Assembly: GCA_007571315.1 (NCBI GenBank)
Contig: RKRP01000133.1
Coordinates: 1 to 51,414, forward strand
From: Gammaproteobacteria bacterium
GTDB taxonomy: Bacteria > Pseudomonadota > Gammaproteobacteria > Steroidobacterales > Foliamicaceae
Direction of reading: 5' to 3'
Length of the DNA stretch: 51,414 nucleotides
In this document: piece after piece, positions 48,190 to 51,414 of the stretch
Layout of the letters: every line of letters starts with the position of its first letter
Numbering within the stretch: position 1 is the stretch's first letter
Notes under the pieces: generated by a model
The model's input: the letters and a program-made list of their open reading frames with translations, nothing else
Databases searched by the model: none
What the model was told of the DNA's origin: nothing
Made by a program: the position numbers and the translations under genes

Positions 48190-48858
48190 CTACGGGCCGA
48201 ACACTGTGCCCGAGAACGCGGCCACAATGGTCATGGCGTAGATAAACAATACCCATCCGTACACCGGTTGCAACTGTGCGTGATACTTCTGCTCCAGTTC
48301 GGCCGTTGACCCCGATTGCGCAATGGTGGCGAAGGTAGCGGTGGCGGGAGCGAAGCCACGGTCCAACGGCACCACCGCGAAACCGATCAGCCCTACCGCC
48401 ACCAGCTTTGCCGCAAGCCACAGCGGGGCCTCAAGCGCGGCCACCGTTTGCGTTGCCGCGGCGAATGCCAGGGCGCCCACGCACAACAGCAGGCTGAATG
48501 GCGTATTGGTTTTCTCGAAGAGTTTTTCGGCGGCGGTTCCCGGATTGAGAAAGCCCCGCCACATGATCAGGACCCAGGCCAAACCCAGGATCCACACCAG
48601 CGCCAGCGCCCAGGCGGGAACACGGATGATCTCCAGGCTGGCGATCAATTGCAGGCCGCTTGGGAAGATCAGCGCGTTGCAGGTGCGCGGCAGCCGGTCC
48701 AGCACCATGCCAAGGCGCAGGACGCTGGAGCGGGTTTCAATGCTCAGCGAGGAGTTTTCCGACATCTTCGCGGCCAGAAACACCCCCAGGTCCGTGCCCA
48801 GCCAGAACACCCATAAGGAAATATGGAAGAAAACCAGTATCTTGTGCTCCAGCATCAT
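48190..48858 (-). CDS. Integral membrane protein, hypothetical
   Basis: About six hydrophobic helices; H...FWLGTDLGVF and DRLPR. Confidence 0.75.
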   Translation of the reverse strand: MMLEHKILVFFHISLWVFWLGTDLGVFLAAKMSENSSLSIETRSSVLRLGMVLDRLPRTCNALIFPSGLQLIASLEIIRVPAWALALVWILGLAWVLIMWRGFLNPGTAAEKLFEKTNTPFSLLLCVGALAFAAATQTVAALEAPLWLAAKLVAVGLIGFAVVPLDRGFAPATATFATIAQSGSTAELEQKYHAQLQPVYGWVLFIYAMTIVAAFSGTVFGP

Positions 48859-49163
48859 TGGCTTGCCTCCTCTCCCATCTCCTCAAACGGCGCCAGAACC
48901 TTGCGGATCAGTTCGGCGTTGGCGGCGGCCCAGGCCGCGGCCTGGGCCGCATCCGGCTCGAAATCGTCGATTTCCTCGCGGCTGGCAAGACCTTTTTGGA
49001 GAATCAGCGTTTCCAGGCTCATCAGCCGTTCCCGCGCCACCCAGTGCTCCGCCATCAGTTTGAGCAAACTGGCCAGCAGCGCGTCGGTGGCGGGGTCCTG
49101 AAAGAAATACTTCCGCCCCCCCTTGATGCGGCGGCTCAGTCGTTCTCCCGCTGCCGCGCTCAC
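48855..49163 (-). CDS. Small hypothetical protein
   Basis: Coupled to both neighbours; FFQDPATD...EHWVARERL helical pattern. Confidence 0.7.
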   Translation of the reverse strand: MSAAAGERLSRRIKGGRKYFFQDPATDALLASLLKLMAEHWVARERLMSLETLILQKGLASREEIDDFEPDAAQAAAWAAANAELIRKVLAPFEEMGEEASQ

Positions 49164-49164
49164 A

Positions 49165-50358
49165 TCAGCCCTGCTTGACCGAGCCGAAGCCGTACCAGAA
49201 GATCACGTCCGACAACCGCCCGGTGTCCTCGCCGAACTCCGGGTCGGTCCTGGCTGCCGCGATGAACTCTTCTTCTTCCGTGTAGGTGTAGCGCGGCATT
49301 ACGCCTTCAAAGTAGCCTTCGGCGGGAAAGCCTGCCGTTACCGTAAGTTCCTTCGGATCCTGGTCGCGGAAGTCCTTGTAGAACGGCTCGTTGTTGTAGT
49401 AGCTGTCCCAGTCCAGATAGAACTGATCGTAGGCCGCCATCCGGTCGTTGGGCGGCAGTTCCATGTTGAGAAGCACGCCGCCCGGGCGCAGCACGCGGTG
49501 GGCCTCGGCCAGATAGTTGCGAATCGCCTTGTTCGGCAGTTCATGCAGGAACATGGAACTGAACACCACGTCCATGGAGTTGTCCGGGAAGCGGATGCTC
49601 TCGGCGCTCTGCTGGTGGAAGTGGGCCTCAATGCCCATGGCCTCGGCGCGGGCATGCGCATAGCGCAGGCACGGCGCGGCCACATCAATGCCATGCACCT
49701 CGGCTTGGGGAAACACCTGCCTCCAGGGCAGGGTGTTGTGGCCAATGGTGCAGCCGGCGTCCAATATTCGGGCCGGTTTGGGGTTGTTGAAGCGCGCCTT
49801 GTAGAAATTCGCCATGGACCAGCCGATATCGTTCAATTCCCTGCCCATGGCGCCAAAGGCGAACACGTTCAATCCCTGGTCGTAGATGGCTCCTGCCGCG
49901 AGGTCTTGGCCGCCGTATTCCTTGTGGTAGCAGCCGGGCATGAGGTGAACGTCCACCGCATCCACGTAGCGCGGAATCTCAAGGTTCGGATCCAGTTCCA
50001 GCGTGCCGCCGGCTTTGGCCTTTTCCGACAGGCTGCGGCCCTTGTCGTTGAGTTGCCCGCGTTGCTGTTCCATGCTGTCCATCACCACGTCCCATACCAT
50101 TTGCTGGGCTGTGCAGCGGGCGGAAGAATAGGCCTTGAAAATTTCCCGGCCGCGCATCGCTCGATGCACGTCCTCGCCGTTCGGCGGCTTGTTGCCGGGC
50201 GTTTCCAGGCTTGCGGAAACGCCGGATTCAAAGTCCTTGCGCATGGTTGCCGCAAGATCGTTGAGCACGAAACCGCGCAGGCCGGAAACAAACCGTTCCC
50301 GCGCCCTTGCGTCGCGGTTTCTATCAAGCGCCAGGGCATGGGTAATTGGCTGTGTCAT
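49165..50358 (-). CDS. Class I SAM-dependent methyltransferase
   Basis: ILDAGCTIG, GIDVA, FLHELP and RVLRPGG. Confidence 0.85.
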   Translation of the reverse strand: MTQPITHALALDRNRDARARERFVSGLRGFVLNDLAATMRKDFESGVSASLETPGNKPPNGEDVHRAMRGREIFKAYSSARCTAQQMVWDVVMDSMEQQRGQLNDKGRSLSEKAKAGGTLELDPNLEIPRYVDAVDVHLMPGCYHKEYGGQDLAAGAIYDQGLNVFAFGAMGRELNDIGWSMANFYKARFNNPKPARILDAGCTIGHNTLPWRQVFPQAEVHGIDVAAPCLRYAHARAEAMGIEAHFHQQSAESIRFPDNSMDVVFSSMFLHELPNKAIRNYLAEAHRVLRPGGVLLNMELPPNDRMAAYDQFYLDWDSYYNNEPFYKDFRDQDPKELTVTAGFPAEGYFEGVMPRYTYTEEEEFIAAARTDPEFGEDTGRLSDVIFWYGFGSVKQG

Positions 50359-50495
50359 TGCTTTGCGCCCCAAGTTTTACTGTGCCGCCGCACAACAGTT
50401 CCGATTGTTGCGGATTCAGCAGGAAAATGCAAAGCGCAGCGTACAATCCGGCGCATGCTGGCGCGCCTTCGTTCAAAGCCGGGAAGCAATCCCTG

Positions 50496-51414
50496 ATGGC
50501 CGGGCCGCTGGAGGGTGTTCGGGTTCTGGAACTCACCAGTGTGGTGCTGGGCCCCTGGGCCTGCCAGTTGCTGGCCGACATGGGCGCCGAAGTCATCAAG
50601 GTGGAACCGCCGTACGGCGACTCCAACCGGTCCCTGGGAGCTTTTCACAATCCCGGCATGGCGGCGCTTTACCTCACCTGCAACCGAAACAAGCGGGGCG
50701 TGGTGCTGAATCTGAAAAAGCCCGCGGGGCGGGAGGCGGTGCTGCGTCTGGCGCGCGGCGCGGATGTTCTGATTCACAACAACCGCCCCGGCGTGATGAC
50801 GCGCCTGGGTCTTGAGTACGACGACCTGCGCGCGGTCAATCCACGCATAATCTATTGCGGAACTTACGGCTACGGAAAAGCCGGCCCCTACGCGCAGCGC
50901 GGCGCCCTGGACGACTCGATTCAGTCCGTGAGCGGCTTTGCCATGCTGCACGAGATGGTGCAGGGGGAACCGCGCTACGCTCCCAGCGTGGTGGCGGACA
51001 AGACTACCGCGATTACGGTTGTATATGGCGTGTTGGCAGCGTTGTTCCATCGCGAGCGGACCGGGGAAGGCCAGGAGCTGGAAGTGCCGATGTTCGAGAC
51101 CATGGTGTCGTTTGTGATGGCGGAGCACTTGTGGGGCCAGGTATTCGATCCGCCGCTGGACACTCCCGGCTACAAGCGGCTGATGAGCAAGCACCGCAAG
51201 CCCTACCGGACGCTGGATGGCTACATTGCCGTGCTGCCCTACCTGGACCGGCACTGGGAGCAGTTTTGCGCCCTCGCCGAACGCCCGGATTTGATTGAGG
51301 ACGAGCGTTTCAGAACGCTTTCCGACCGGGTTCGCAATATTGACGATACCTATTCCGAAACGGGACGCATACTGGCCACCCGCGCCACGGCGGAATGGAT
51401 GGAGCTGTTCGCGG
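50496..51414 (+). CDS. CaiB/BaiF family III CoA-transferase (3' truncated by the window)
   Basis: MAGPLEGVRVLEL...LADMGAEVIKVEPP, NRNKR and HNNRPG. Confidence 0.92.
   Translation, partial: MAGPLEGVRVLELTSVVLGPWACQLLADMGAEVIKVEPPYGDSNRSLGAFHNPGMAALYLTCNRNKRGVVLNLKKPAGREAVLRLARGADVLIHNNRPGVMTRLGLEYDDLRAVNPRIIYCGTYGYGKAGPYAQRGALDDSIQSVSGFAMLHEMVQGEPRYAPSVVADKTTAITVVYGVLAALFHRERTGEGQELEVPMFETMVSFVMAEHLWGQVFDPPLDTPGYKRLMSKHRKPYRTLDGYIAVLPYLDRHWEQFCALAERPDLIEDERFRTLSDRVRNIDDTYSETGRILATRATAEWMELFA

Overview
GC-rich bacterial chromosome segment, most likely gammaproteobacterial (rpoH, mutY-yggX-tRNA-Phe, prs-tRNA-Gln, tatBC). A secreted ankyrin protein and two restriction-modification islands hint at a host-associated lifestyle, which is inference only. 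It holds tatBC, a Bacteroidetes/Xanthomonas-style arginine operon (argR-argG-DUF1611-like-argC-argD-argF'-argB-argH-thioesterase) without argA/argJ/argE, two lower-GC RM islands, two TonB-dependent receptors, three tRNAs, a double-glycine peptide/type I secretion cluster next to tRNA-Gly, and CoA/lipid enzymes. Top observations: (1) an ankyrin gene broken by an exact 28-bp duplication around a 33-bp G-initiated insert, the geometry of a type I-E Cas1-Cas2 spacer integration outside any array; (2) a P-loop DUF1611-like gene inside the arg operon that may supply the missing glutamate N-acylation step, next to an ArgF' with a succinyl-type specificity residue; (3) two dissimilar GG-leader peptides with a C39 ABC exporter and no evident immunity gene; (4) four intergenic palindromes with unrelated arms but a conserved, covarying ~50-nt core.
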